From positions 36,808 to 100,807 of the forward strand of contig CAWUSX010000022.1 in the NCBI GenBank assembly GCA_963924875.1: a stretch of 64,000 nucleotides of DNA, in the 5' to 3' direction. The stretch is from an uncultured Gammaproteobacteria bacterium. GTDB lineage: Bacteria > Pseudomonadota > Gammaproteobacteria > SZUA-229. Of this stretch, positions 40,781 to 50,783 are shown one piece after another (position 1 is the stretch's first letter; each line of letters starts with the position of its first letter). The notes below the pieces were generated by a model that made no database searches, was not told the DNA's origin, and saw only the letters and a list, made by a program, of their open reading frames with translations. Position numbers and translations under genes: made by a program.

Positions 40781-41374
40781 ATGGCTACAGAAGGCGTAGA
40801 TCAAAAAAAACGCCGCTTTCTGACAAACACCACTGTTGTGGTTGGTGCTGTTGGAGCTGGTTTTGTTGCTGTACCCTTCCTGTCTTCCTGGGCTCCTAGT
40901 GAGCGTGCCAAAACTGCAGGCGCGCCTGTAGAAGTGGACATCAGTAAGTTAGAGGAAGGTCGTTTGTTAACAGTTGAATGGCGCGGTAAGCCGGTGTGGA
41001 TTATCAAACGTAGTGATCAGAACCTGAAGGATCTGGTTACGTTAGATGATAATTTACGTGATCCTGCTTCTGAGAATGATCAGCAGCCGGTATATGCTCA
41101 AAATGCAACGCGTTCTATCAAACCTAATATTATCGTTATGGTGGGTATTTGTACGCATCTAGGTTGCTCTCCTACGTATCGTCCTGATTTGGCTGCCGCT
41201 GACTTAGGTGAAGACTGGAAAGGTGGTTTCTTCTGTCCATGTCACGGTTCTAAGTTTGATTTGGCGGGTCGAGTGTATTCGGGTGTTCCGGCACCATTAA
41301 ACTTGGAAGTACCACCACATTTCTATAAGAGCGATCGTACTATTCTGATCGGTGAAGACGGAGGCCAGGCATAA
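40781..41374 (+). CDS. petA: Ubiquinol-cytochrome c reductase Rieske iron-sulfur subunit
   Basis: 197 aa with a Tat-like KKRRFL, and the Rieske boxes CTHLGC and CPCHGS. Confidence 0.93.
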   Translation: MATEGVDQKKRRFLTNTTVVVGAVGAGFVAVPFLSSWAPSERAKTAGAPVEVDISKLEEGRLLTVEWRGKPVWIIKRSDQNLKDLVTLDDNLRDPASENDQQPVYAQNATRSIKPNIIVMVGICTHLGCSPTYRPDLAAADLGEDWKGGFFCPCHGSKFDLAGRVYSGVPAPLNLEVPPHFYKSDRTILIGEDGGQA

Positions 41375-42588
41375 TGTTTAAAAGCTTAATGACTTGGGTC
41401 GATGATCGTTTCCCAGCAACTAAAATGTGGAATGAACATCTGGCTGAATACTATGCACCAAAGAACTTTAACTTCTGGTAGTTATTTGGTTCATTAGCAC
41501 TGCTGGTTCTGGTTATCCAGATTGTCTCTGGCATCTTCCTAACGATGCACTACAACCCGGACGGCGCTATGGCGTTCGCATCTGTAGAGTACATCATGCG
41601 TGATGTGCCTTACGGCTGGTTGATTCGTTACATCCACTCTACGGGTGCAACGGCCTTCTTCGTGGTGGTTTATCTGCACATGTTCCGTGGCTTAATGTAC
41701 GGTTCATTCAAGAAGCCTCGTGAATTAGTGTGGCTATTCGGTATGTTCATCTACCTGGCATTAATGGCAGAAGCCTTTATGGGTTACCTGTTGCCATGGG
41801 GTCAGATGTCTTACTGGGGTGCGCAGGTTATCATTTCATTGTTTGGTGCTTTGCCGATTATTGGTGATCCGCTAACACTTTGGATTCGTGGTGATTATGT
41901 TGTCTCTGGTGCTACGCTTAACCGTTTCTTTGCGCTACATGTAGTTGCATTGCCGCTGGTTATTTTAGGCCTGGTTGTTGCTCACATCATTGCATTGCAT
42001 GAAGTGGGTTCTAATAACCCTGAAGGCGTTGAAATCAAAAAGCACAAAGATGAAAATGGTATTCCTCTAGACGGTATTCCATTCCACCCTTACTACTCTG
42101 TTAAAGATATCGTAGGTGTGGTTGTGTTCCTGATCTTCTTTAGCCTGGTACTTTTCTTTGCACCAGAAGGCGGCGGTTACTTGCTTGAGCATGCGAACTT
42201 CGTACCATCTGATCCATTGAAGACGCCTCCGCACATAGCGCCTGTTTGGTACTTCACACCGTTCTACGCTATTTTGCGTGCGGTTCCAGATAAGCTCATG
42301 GGTGTTATGGCTATGGGCGGTGCAATCGTTGTGTTGTTCTTACTGCCCTGGATCGACCAGTGTAAAGTTAAGTCGATTCGCTACCGCGGAATGAGTTTCA
42401 AAATTCTATTAGCTGCGTTCTCTGTGTCTTTCGTTGTGCTGGGCTGGTTAGGTATGCAGCCTGCTACACCTGAATTAACATTGCTGGCACGTATCTTTAG
42501 TGTGGTTTACTTTGGCTTCTTTATAGCCCTGTACTTTACATCTAAAAACGAAGCAACGAAGCCTGTACCAGAGAGGATTACCAAATGA
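41374..42588 (+). pseudogene. petB: Cytochrome b (bc1 complex) interrupted by an in-frame TAG at codon 36 (41479-41481)
   Basis: The ATG at 41374 overlaps the petA stop. MFKSLMTWVDDRFPATKMWNEHLAEYYAPKNFNFW, then stop, then LFGSLALLVLVIQIVSGIFLTMHYNPD continues in the same frame into ORF 41545-42588. The stop replaces the Tyr of the conserved W-Y-F-F-G. Confidence 0.85.
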
Positions 42589-43355
42589 TGAATTATTTTG
42601 GGAAGAAAATTTTAACTGTAATTCTGGTAACTTTTTCAGGTCTAGTAATGGCTGCTGGCGGTGGTTTTCCGCTGGATAAGGCGCCTGTCGATCTGCATGA
42701 CAAAGAGTCACTAAAGCGTGGTGCGGTTGCTTTTGCAAACAATTGCTTAAGTTGCCATGCTGCAAGCTATATGCGTTACAACCGTATTGGTGCTGATCTG
42801 GGTATGACGGATATTGAAGTGAGTGAACAGCTAATTTCAACCCGTGATGCTGCTGGCGAGAAAACTAAGCCGGGCCAGTTAATGAAGATCGCGATGAATA
42901 ACGATTACTCAAAAATTGCGTTTGGACTTAAAATTCCAGACCTATCAGTAATCGCTCGTGCTCGTGGCGCTGACTGGTTGTACACCTACCTACGTACTTT
43001 TCACATAGATGATTCACGCCCAACAGGCATGAATAACATGGTATTTGCTGACGTTGGCATGCCGCATGTACTATGGGATAAGCAGGGCTTGCAAAAAGCG
43101 GTTTACACTACAGAAATGGGTGAAGACGGTAATGAGCATCATAAATTCGAGAAAATGGAAATGGTTCAAGCCGGCTCTATGAGTACAGAAGAATATGATG
43201 CTTTCGTTGGTGACCTGGTTAACTACCTGGTTTATATGGCTGAGCCTATACAGGTTGAGCGTAGGAGTCTTGGGGTTAAGGTTGTTATCTTCCTTGTGTT
43301 CTTTGCAGTGATTGCTTATCTGTTAAAGAAAGAATACTGGAAAGACATTCACTAA
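42585..43355 (+). CDS. petC: Cytochrome c1
   Basis: 256 aa with a signal peptide, heme site CLSCH and a C-terminal TM anchor. Its start overlaps the petB stop (ATGA). Confidence 0.88.
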   Translation: MMNYFGKKILTVILVTFSGLVMAAGGGFPLDKAPVDLHDKESLKRGAVAFANNCLSCHAASYMRYNRIGADLGMTDIEVSEQLISTRDAAGEKTKPGQLMKIAMNNDYSKIAFGLKIPDLSVIARARGADWLYTYLRTFHIDDSRPTGMNNMVFADVGMPHVLWDKQGLQKAVYTTEMGEDGNEHHKFEKMEMVQAGSMSTEEYDAFVGDLVNYLVYMAEPIQVERRSLGVKVVIFLVFFAVIAYLLKKEYWKDIH

Positions 43356-43473
43356 AAGTCTCTAGCTTGAAGTCCGTCAGACCGGGTTCTGTAAACGCCT
43401 ATATGGGTTTCCAGTATCTGGCTGACGGTTTTTAACTTACGGGCATAAGATATATTATTGAGGCAAACTAATT

Positions 43474-44106
43474 ATGGCGTCTAATACACTCGCCAATCGC
43501 AGATCGGTGATGAATTTATTCACATCACCAACCTGTCCATATTCTCATCTTGCACGTATTGTGCTCGCTGAGAAAGATATAACTTTTGAATCAATTGACG
43601 TTAATGTTGATTCTCCACCTGAAGATTTATCCGAGCTTAATCCATATAACACAGTACCGACATTAATTGATCGTGACCTGGTGCTGTATGATTCGCGCGT
43701 TATTATTGAATATTTAGATGAGCGTTTCCCTCATCCACCACTCATGCCGGTTGATCCAGTGTCGCGTGCAAAAACGCGTTTAGCGTTACATCGCGTTGAA
43801 AAAGACTGGTATCCGCTGATGCATGACATTATGAATAAGGGTGAAAAAACAGTTGCGAAATCACGTAAAATTTTGCGTGAAAGCATTGTTTCTTCTAATG
43901 AACTATTTCAAGTCATGCCATTTTTCTTAAGTGAAGATTACACATTAGTTGACGCAACTATTGCTCCTTTGTTGTGGCGTTTACCTGTACTGGGTATTGA
44001 ATTGCCTGCAGAAGCAAAAGCGGTTGCAGATTACGCGGAACGTATTTTTAGTCGTGAAGCTTTTCAGTTAAGTCTGACAGAAGCAGAAACGGAAATGCGT
44101 CTTTAA
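43474..44106 (+). CDS. sspA: Stringent starvation protein A
   Basis: 210 aa GST-like protein with LFTSPTCPYSH, VPTLIDRDLVLYDSRVIIEYLDERFPHPPLMP. Confidence 0.92.
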   Translation: MASNTLANRRSVMNLFTSPTCPYSHLARIVLAEKDITFESIDVNVDSPPEDLSELNPYNTVPTLIDRDLVLYDSRVIIEYLDERFPHPPLMPVDPVSRAKTRLALHRVEKDWYPLMHDIMNKGEKTVAKSRKILRESIVSSNELFQVMPFFLSEDYTLVDATIAPLLWRLPVLGIELPAEAKAVADYAERIFSREAFQLSLTEAETEMRL

Positions 44107-44133
44107 TCCATTGTGGTTAAAGAGTAATTGCTT

Positions 44134-44532
44134 ATGACATCCAGTCGTCCATATTTAATTAGAGCGTTGTATCAATGGATTATAGATAATGGCGTTACGC
44201 CATACATTCTTGTTGATGCGCTTGTGGATGGTGTGGATGTTCCTGCACAGCATATTCAGGACAATAAAATTGTTTTAAATATTGCACCGATGGCCGTTCA
44301 GGGTCTTAATTTAGGTGATGATGAAATTAATTTTAGTGCCCGTTTTAGCGGTCAGTCAGTTACTTTGCGGGTGCCCACTCACGCTGTGCTGGCTATTTAT
44401 GCCCGTGAAAATGGACAGGGTATGATGTTTAATGATGAGCCTGACTCGCCGGGTCCGAATGATGGGTCATCGGATTCAACTGAGGCGGATAATAGTAGCA
44501 AACCTAAACCGTCACTAAGAGTTGTAAAGTAG
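44134..44532 (+). CDS. sspB: Stringent starvation protein B (ClpXP adaptor)
   Basis: RPYLIRALYQWIIDNGVTPYILV and a C-terminal LRVVK tail (ClpX-binding type). Confidence 0.88.
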   Translation: MTSSRPYLIRALYQWIIDNGVTPYILVDALVDGVDVPAQHIQDNKIVLNIAPMAVQGLNLGDDEINFSARFSGQSVTLRVPTHAVLAIYARENGQGMMFNDEPDSPGPNDGSSDSTEADNSSKPKPSLRVVK

Positions 44533-44544
44533 TAGCAGAAAAAA

Positions 44545-45924
44545 TTAGGAGATAGGTAAGGTTTTTTCTGGGTTTAGAATGCCATTCTTGTCAAATACCT
44601 GTTTAATTTCTCGCATTAAATTTATTTCAGTTTGCCCTAGTTCCTTATAAATATAATCGCGTTTTTCCAGGCCTACACCATGCTCTCCAGATAATGTGCC
44701 GTTCAGGCGGAGCACCAGATCAAAGACATCATTTAAACAATTCTCTGCTGCATGTAATTCTTTTTTATCGTCAGGATTAACTAATAAATTAACGTGGATA
44801 TTGCCATTTCCCGCATGACCAAAGTTAACTATTTTTATATTATATTTTTCACTAAGTTTATCTAAGCCATTAATTAAATCAGGCATGTTAGATACCGGGA
44901 CCACAACATCTTCATTTATTTTTTTCGGTGCAATTTTTCTTAAGCAAGGTGATAAGGCCTTACGTGTTTGCCAAAGAGCGGTGGCTTCTTCTTTGCTGGC
45001 AGCAATTTGCGTACTGATGTGTCCGTCTACCTTGCAGGCATTAACCACAGCATCGGTGTCTCTTTGAATCGTATCGGCATGCCCGTCAACCTCAATCATT
45101 AACATCGCGCCTGCCTCTTTGGGAAGATCTGCAGATGAATAGTCACGCACCATATCCAGTGCATTTTTATCCATAAATTCCAGCGCACAGGGTGTAACGG
45201 CTTGCGCCATAATATTTGCAACTGCGCGGGCAGCGGCGTCAATACTGATATAGCTGGCTTTTAAAGTATGTTTTGTTTCAGGTTTGGGTAACAGTTTAAG
45301 TGTGGCCTGTGTGATTAACGCAAGGTTACCTTCAGAGCCAATTAATAAACGGGTTAAGTCATAGCCAACAACGCCTTTAGTTGTGTGTACGCCACATTTA
45401 ATGATTTCACCATTACCAGTGACCGCACGAAGACCTAAGGTGTTCTCTCTGCATGTCCCGTATTTAACCGCACGAGGTCCGGCTGAGTTATAGGCCAGAT
45501 TGCCTCCTACACTGCAAAATGCGGCGCTAGTAGGGTCCGGGGCCCAGAAAAATCCGTGTTCTGCAGCGCATTCCTGTACCTGTAAATTTGTCACGCCGGG
45601 TTGCACGTCAATACTGCGATTCTGTGCATCCATTTTTATGATTTGATTCATGCGCTCAAAAGAAATTACAAGTTCATTATGAATAGGTACGGTGGCACCG
45701 GTTGTGCCAGTGCCACGGCCGCGAGCGATTAAGGGGATTTTGTGTTGATTACAAGCAAGAACGATTGCCTGTACCTGTTGCTCGTTGCGGGGAAAAATAA
45801 CCGCAAGGGGCTGTGCCTGCCTTCGACTATTGTCATAACCATAGGTGAGGCACTCGGTGCTGTCGGTTAGTAGGTCGTCAGCGCTCACGAGTTTTTTAAG
45901 TTGCTTAATGAAGGCGTTGCTCAT
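44545..45924 (-). CDS. FAD-linked oxidase (GlcD / D-lactate dehydrogenase-like)
   Basis: 459 aa with an FAD-binding PCMH pattern (IARGRGTGTTGATVP) and C-terminal SGEHGVGLEKR. Confidence 0.8.
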   Translation of the reverse strand: MSNAFIKQLKKLVSADDLLTDSTECLTYGYDNSRRQAQPLAVIFPRNEQQVQAIVLACNQHKIPLIARGRGTGTTGATVPIHNELVISFERMNQIIKMDAQNRSIDVQPGVTNLQVQECAAEHGFFWAPDPTSAAFCSVGGNLAYNSAGPRAVKYGTCRENTLGLRAVTGNGEIIKCGVHTTKGVVGYDLTRLLIGSEGNLALITQATLKLLPKPETKHTLKASYISIDAAARAVANIMAQAVTPCALEFMDKNALDMVRDYSSADLPKEAGAMLMIEVDGHADTIQRDTDAVVNACKVDGHISTQIAASKEEATALWQTRKALSPCLRKIAPKKINEDVVVPVSNMPDLINGLDKLSEKYNIKIVNFGHAGNGNIHVNLLVNPDDKKELHAAENCLNDVFDLVLRLNGTLSGEHGVGLEKRDYIYKELGQTEINLMREIKQVFDKNGILNPEKTLPIS

Positions 45925-45954
45925 GTGATTACTTTACCGTAAGAACGATATGTT

Positions 45955-46542
45955 CTATGCGCCTAATAATTGTGAATCGACTAAATCACCCAGACAATGA
46001 ATGATCACCAGATGAGTTTCCTGTATGCGGATGGGGCAGTCGGCGTCAACCCGAACTTCAATGTCGTCATGATTTAAGCGGGAGCTAACTTCGCCACCAC
46101 TTTGCCCCGTGAGTGCAATGACTTTCATATTTCGTTCATGGGCTGTCTCAATGGCGCTGACAAGGTTGCCGGAGTTGCCGCTGGTAGTAATGAGAAATAA
46201 TAGATCTTCAGGTTGTCCAAGTGCGGCAATTTGTCGAGAAAAAATTTGATCATAACTATAATCATTGGCAATAGAGGTTAGCGTAGAGGTGTCCGTTGAA
46301 AGTGCAATAGCAGGTAAACCAGGGCGTTCCTTATGAAAACGGTTGAGCATTTTTGAAGAAAACAATTGCGCCTCACCGGCGGAGCCGCCATTGCCGCAGG
46401 AAAGAATTTTTCCACCTGAAAGCAGGCTCTGTGTCATTAACTGTGCTGCAAGTGCAATGTCATTTTGCGCTTTATCTAATGTGCGTTGTTTGGTTTTGAT
46501 GCTTTCTGAAAAGTTATTTTGAATTATTTCGATTAGATTCAT
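45955..46542 (-). CDS. diaA: SIS-domain DnaA initiator-associating protein DiaA (phosphoheptose-isomerase fold)
   Basis: 195 aa with [37 protein letters not shown] and TSGNSGN. It aligns along its length with E. coli DiaA as I recall it and shows the same yraN-lpoA synteny. Confidence 0.85.
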   Translation of the reverse strand: MNLIEIIQNNFSESIKTKQRTLDKAQNDIALAAQLMTQSLLSGGKILSCGNGGSAGEAQLFSSKMLNRFHKERPGLPAIALSTDTSTLTSIANDYSYDQIFSRQIAALGQPEDLLFLITTSGNSGNLVSAIETAHERNMKVIALTGQSGGEVSSRLNHDDIEVRVDADCPIRIQETHLVIIHCLGDLVDSQLLGA

Positions 46543-46560
46543 TTTGTATAGCTGACTAAA

Positions 46561-46938
46561 TTAAAATGCATTTTGAATCCATTCAATGCTTATATTGTTT
46601 GGGTTGTTGATATTATTACCCGTGAGGGCAACGACATCAAAGCGTGTATTAAACTCACCGCCTTTTTTTTGCATGTAATACAGAGCCGTGGTTTGTATTT
46701 TTTTTTGTTTGCCTGGCGTAATGCTTTCCAGGGCGCCACCATAATCCTGGTTTTTACGATAGCGAACTTCAATAAATACCAGTGTTTCCTTATCTTGCAT
46801 AATGAGGTCGACTTCACCGTATCGACTGTAAAAATTTTTATCAATGAGCGTCAGGCCATTTTTTTTTAAATGGCTGCAGGCTATTTCCTCGGCCACTTTG
46901 CCCTTACTGGATCGGCTTTTGAACAGGCTGATTATCAT
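46561..46938 (-). CDS. yraN: UPF0102 family endonuclease-like protein YraN
   Basis: 125 aa with GEVDLIM, VFIEVRYR and RFDVVALTG. Overlaps the lpoA 3' end by 35 nt. Confidence 0.85.
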   Translation of the reverse strand: MIISLFKSRSSKGKVAEEIACSHLKKNGLTLIDKNFYSRYGEVDLIMQDKETLVFIEVRYRKNQDYGGALESITPGKQKKIQTTALYYMQKKGGEFNTRFDVVALTGNNINNPNNISIEWIQNAF

Positions 46939-48805
46939 TAAAGTTCAGATTAAATGGTTGGTCGCTAAGGTTAACTATTGTGGGTATGCCTTTGTCAAAT
47001 TGCGCCCATAATAATTCCCGGTGTATGCGATTAAATGGGTCAAGGGACAGGTTGCCCGTTTGACCTGAAAAACGTTCATAGGTTTTATTTTGTAAACGGC
47101 CTAAAAAAGGTATTAAATTGTACGCATCAACACCCAGAGCAAAAAAGCGAGTATAGCGTTGCTGCTCTGGCCAGTAATTTAAGAGTGCCTGTTTGGCCGG
47201 GTTGGCTGCATTAAGTATCCATGGCATATCACAGAAATTCAAATCATCAATATCACGATCCGCCTGTTTGTGTATTTGACCTGTAAAGGCATGCGATGTG
47301 GCATACACCGGGATTTCACCCGCATAGTGAAATTTAAATTGTGGCTTTAACAGGCGTGCATCTTTAGGTGTCGCTGCCATAAAAATCATATCCACATCCT
47401 GTCGACGATAGGGGGTGAACTGCATTTTTGCTTGTGTAACACTTTTAATTCTACGGTAGCGAGCATAGCTTTGATTGATATTCAGCATTTTTTGAATGGG
47501 CTGCTTAAAATCATTCTTATTTGCGGTATATGTTTGTGAAGTAACTACGGTGCCGCCAAGTTCTTCAAAGCGTTGTTGAAAGGCATTTTGTAATCTTTCA
47601 CCCCATGTACCATTGGGCACCAGCGTTGCGGCATGGGTATGGCCTTGTCTGAAGGCCATTTCGGCAGACTGTCGGGCTTCGTCTTCGGGTAGTAAGCCAA
47701 ACTGGAATAAGTTATCGACAGAGGCTGAGTTAGTGGTGGTGTAATTTAAGGTCAGCGTGGGTATATTCATTTGTGTAGAGCGCGCGAGTATATCAACGGC
47801 TGGCTTTAGAAATGGGCCAATTATAAAATCGGCGCCTGCATCGGTGGCTTTTTTATAGTAGTTCCAAATGGCTGTCTGATTGTCGCTGGTATCAATGAAG
47901 CTGATGCGTGGTTGAAAGCCTTTATCTGGATGTTGATAATATGCGGACATAATGCCGTCGCGGATCGCACTGGCTACCTGTGCGTAGTTGCCGTTCAGTG
48001 GCAGCAATACAGCAATATGCTCAGGTTGTGTAATCAGCTCAATTTGCTTCTTGCCCAGTTCCTTAATAAATGTCGCTACGGCGGGGTGTTTGGGGTATTC
48101 CTGACGCCATAGAAAGATACCATCCTGCAGATACTGCCAGTCTACCTGTCCGCGTTTTGCGACTACAACCAGCTCAACCCAGCCGAGTAAATCTTCGTTT
48201 AATGGCGCCTGACTTATTTGCTGTAGAGTCGTTTCGGGCAATAGTGAAAGAGCTTCCCAGATGGCCTGATGGTTAAGTTCACGGTCAAATGTGTCGCTTA
48301 GTAAAGGGTCGAGTTGTACGCGTGATTTTGCAGACTCTAATGGGTAGCCTGCATCTAAAAAAGCGCGTGATCTTAATTGCAGGACGCGTATTTGTTGTTC
48401 AGGCGACAGAATTTTCGAAATCTGTAACAATTTAAGTGCCTCTCGCGGGAGGCCTTTATTGAGTGCGATTTCGGTATTCAGCAAACTGACTTCGGTAGTG
48501 CCATCGCTGCTGAGGAGTTCAAGTTCAATTTCTGCAATTTTATTTTCAGCCAGAAAGAACTGTTGTTTCTCAATCAGCAGTTGTACCGCACGAATTAAGT
48601 TGAGATTACGCGCTACACCCTCCGATAAATTGGCTTTGTCTATGTATGATTCAGCTGTTTCTTCGGTTTTAATAGTGGACGATTCGGCATCGCGTGTTTG
48701 CTCTCCTTGCGGAGTGACAGGCCTTGTGGGGGCGCAAGCTGAAAGTGCTGCTAGCAAGCAGGGCACGGCTAATGTGAGGGAAATATATTTTAAATGTAAG
48801 GTCAT
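46904..48805 (-). CDS. lpoA: Penicillin-binding protein activator LpoA (lipoprotein)
   Basis: 633 aa with lipobox LAALSAC, an N-terminal TPR-like region and a C-terminal periplasmic-binding-protein-like domain. Synteny with yraN and rsmI. Confidence 0.85.
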   Translation of the reverse strand: MTLHLKYISLTLAVPCLLAALSACAPTRPVTPQGEQTRDAESSTIKTEETAESYIDKANLSEGVARNLNLIRAVQLLIEKQQFFLAENKIAEIELELLSSDGTTEVSLLNTEIALNKGLPREALKLLQISKILSPEQQIRVLQLRSRAFLDAGYPLESAKSRVQLDPLLSDTFDRELNHQAIWEALSLLPETTLQQISQAPLNEDLLGWVELVVVAKRGQVDWQYLQDGIFLWRQEYPKHPAVATFIKELGKKQIELITQPEHIAVLLPLNGNYAQVASAIRDGIMSAYYQHPDKGFQPRISFIDTSDNQTAIWNYYKKATDAGADFIIGPFLKPAVDILARSTQMNIPTLTLNYTTTNSASVDNLFQFGLLPEDEARQSAEMAFRQGHTHAATLVPNGTWGERLQNAFQQRFEELGGTVVTSQTYTANKNDFKQPIQKMLNINQSYARYRRIKSVTQAKMQFTPYRRQDVDMIFMAATPKDARLLKPQFKFHYAGEIPVYATSHAFTGQIHKQADRDIDDLNFCDMPWILNAANPAKQALLNYWPEQQRYTRFFALGVDAYNLIPFLGRLQNKTYERFSGQTGNLSLDPFNRIHRELLWAQFDKGIPTIVNLSDQPFNLNFNDNQPVQKPIQ

Positions 48806-48868
48806 TGTCTGGTGTACGGTTAACTAATGTTATTATTGCGCCCCAGAGTATCTTGTTTGGAGCCGCGA

Positions 48869-49714
48869 GTGTCAATTAATCAGGGCATACTTTATATAGT
48901 AGCCACCCCCATTGGTAATCTTTCTGATATAGGTGGAAGGGCTGTGGAGATTTTGCAGCAGGTAGATTTGATTGCCGCAGAAGATACCCGGCACAGTAAA
49001 CCTTTACTGCAGCACTACGGTGTAGCTACCCCTATGCAGGCGTATCACGAGCATAATGAAGAATATTTGACGCCCAAGCTTATACAGCGTTTGTTGGCGG
49101 GTGACAGCGTAGCACTGATTTCTGATGCGGGTACGCCATTGCTGAGTGATCCTGGCTACCGTCTTGTAAAGGCGGCGCACGAGTCTTCAATAAAGGTTAG
49201 CCCGGTGCCGGGCCCCTGTGCGGCTATTGCTGCGCTGTCGGCCTCTGGTTTGGCAACGGATCGATTTTTATTTGCCGGTTTTAGTCCGCATAAGCAGGGT
49301 GCAAGGCAAAGCTTTTATCGAGAGTTTGAACGTCAAACGGCAACGCTGGTGTTTTATGAGTCGAGTCACCGCATTGTTGCGGCGGCTAAAGATTTATTAA
49401 ATGTATTTGGTCCTGAGCGGCAAATCGTCATGGCAAGGGAAATGACCAAAACATTTGAAACTATACACAGCACTTACTTAGGTGAGTTTCCTGATTGGCT
49501 GGAGGCTGACCATAATCAACAAAAAGGTGAGTTTGTGCTTGTGCTTGAAGGTGCGGTTAAAAATGACAATGCGCTAGAGCTGGATATGGAAGATACCTTA
49601 AGGATATTACTAGAGGAGCTGCCGGTGAAGCAGGCCAGTCAATTGACGGCAAAAATAACTAGATTGAAAAAAAATCAGGTTTATAAGCTGGCGCTTGAAC
49701 TTTCTGGTAAGTAA
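48869..49714 (+). CDS. rsmI: 16S rRNA (cytidine1402-2'-O)-methyltransferase
   Basis: ILYIVATPIGNLSDI, LIAAEDTRH, SDAGTPLLSDPGY and FYESSHR. The GTG at 48869, 6 nt after GGAG, is preferred to the upstream ATG at 48827. Confidence 0.92.
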   Translation: MSINQGILYIVATPIGNLSDIGGRAVEILQQVDLIAAEDTRHSKPLLQHYGVATPMQAYHEHNEEYLTPKLIQRLLAGDSVALISDAGTPLLSDPGYRLVKAAHESSIKVSPVPGPCAAIAALSASGLATDRFLFAGFSPHKQGARQSFYREFERQTATLVFYESSHRIVAAAKDLLNVFGPERQIVMAREMTKTFETIHSTYLGEFPDWLEADHNQQKGEFVLVLEGAVKNDNALELDMEDTLRILLEELPVKQASQLTAKITRLKKNQVYKLALELSGK

Positions 49715-50139
49715 CTGAAAAATATATATAAATTCTTATTTTTAGTCAGTATTTTTATGTCTCACCCGTTTGGGGTGTAGTTATTTTTTACATATTTAAC
49801 TGATTGATACTTATCCCAAAATACCTTGTTTTTTTGCAAAACGTCAAAAAAAATGCCTTTAACGTCAGCAATTTTTACAAAAATATGACACAAGGCATGA
49901 TCTCCGTCATCTGAAGTTTATAAGCCTTTGTTTTTGTTTGTCTTTTAAAAGTAGGTACGGGGTATGCATTTAACCTCACAAGGCTTACATCCACGGCACT
50001 AAAAATAAATTATATAAATTGTAGTTGCCGCAAAAATTTGGACTGTAATGCATCTAAATGAAAATACAGAAATTAATTTGGAAGGTTGAACTGTAAAAGA
50101 CGCAGTTAACTAATATGGTTTTTTTAGATGGAGTTCCAG

Positions 50140-50613
50140 ATGGCACCACTATTTGCAGTATATGAAGATTTTAGCGCTTGTTGTGATGAATTTGTTGAAG
50201 GCGTTACCTTTCTTAAGGGTCGTTCAATACCCAGTGCAATTGATAGTTTTCAACAGGCGTTCGACTCTGTGGGTCGTGCAGATGTATATCATAATAAATA
50301 TGCGTCATATTGTGGTTTAGCACGCGTATTGTCCGGTGATGCTACAGGTTTGGATATGTGTCGTCAGGCGGCTACCAGTGAGTTACTAGACGGTGATGTA
50401 TATCTTAATCTGGCGCGTGCCGAGTGGTATTTTGAAAACCGTAAGGCAGCGATTGTCGTTTTGAAAAAAGGTTTGAGAATTGATAGTCGCCACCCGGGGT
50501 TACGTCAAATGCGTGAGCAGTTGGGCGTCAGACAGCGTAGCCCCTTGCCTTTTTTGCCTAGAACACACCCATTAAATCAGGCGCTGGGTAAGTTGATGCG
50601 CATTGATGACTAA
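50140..50613 (+). CDS. Unrecognised family, paralogue A (157 aa), helical-repeat-like body with basic C-terminal tail
   Basis: ATG at 50140, 6 nt after GGAG. Aligns without gaps to the two downstream paralogues (Y8, D10, C14, F18, G21; NKYASYCG; DGDVYLNLARAEWYF; LGVRQRSPLPFLPRTHPLNQALGKLMR). Confidence 0.65.
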   Translation: MAPLFAVYEDFSACCDEFVEGVTFLKGRSIPSAIDSFQQAFDSVGRADVYHNKYASYCGLARVLSGDATGLDMCRQAATSELLDGDVYLNLARAEWYFENRKAAIVVLKKGLRIDSRHPGLRQMREQLGVRQRSPLPFLPRTHPLNQALGKLMRIDD

Positions 50614-50694
50614 CGAATAAATTAAATGATAAAAGATTTGGATATAAAGATAAGGTTAGAAATGGCCTACAGGTTATAAGTTTAGCGTGGTTAA

Positions 50695-50724
50695 CCACAG
50701 ATGATTTCATCTGTGGTTTTTTTT
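50695..50724 (+). terminator. Rho-independent terminator after paralogue A
   Basis: CCACAGATG-attt-CATCTGTGG followed by T8. Confidence 0.8.
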
Positions 50725-50783
50725 ATCGAAAATTTAGTTGGCATACTGGATTTTGCTTTAATTATTCTGCAAGAGGACGTGTT

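Noticed and set aside
43356-43473. Possible terminator after petC (CCGTCAG ... CTGACGG followed by TTTTT)
   Set aside because: The 7-bp arms are separated by about 40 nt with only patchy internal pairing. That is too weak to call a rho-independent terminator by eye.
50739-50760. TGGCAT-N..-TTTGCT resembling a sigma-54 promoter upstream of paralogue B
   Set aside because: The GG-to-GC spacing is about 3 nt too long compared with the TGGCACG-N4-TTGCW consensus. A similar near-miss at about 9561 (TGGCAAAAAGATAAGCA) is off by 1 nt.
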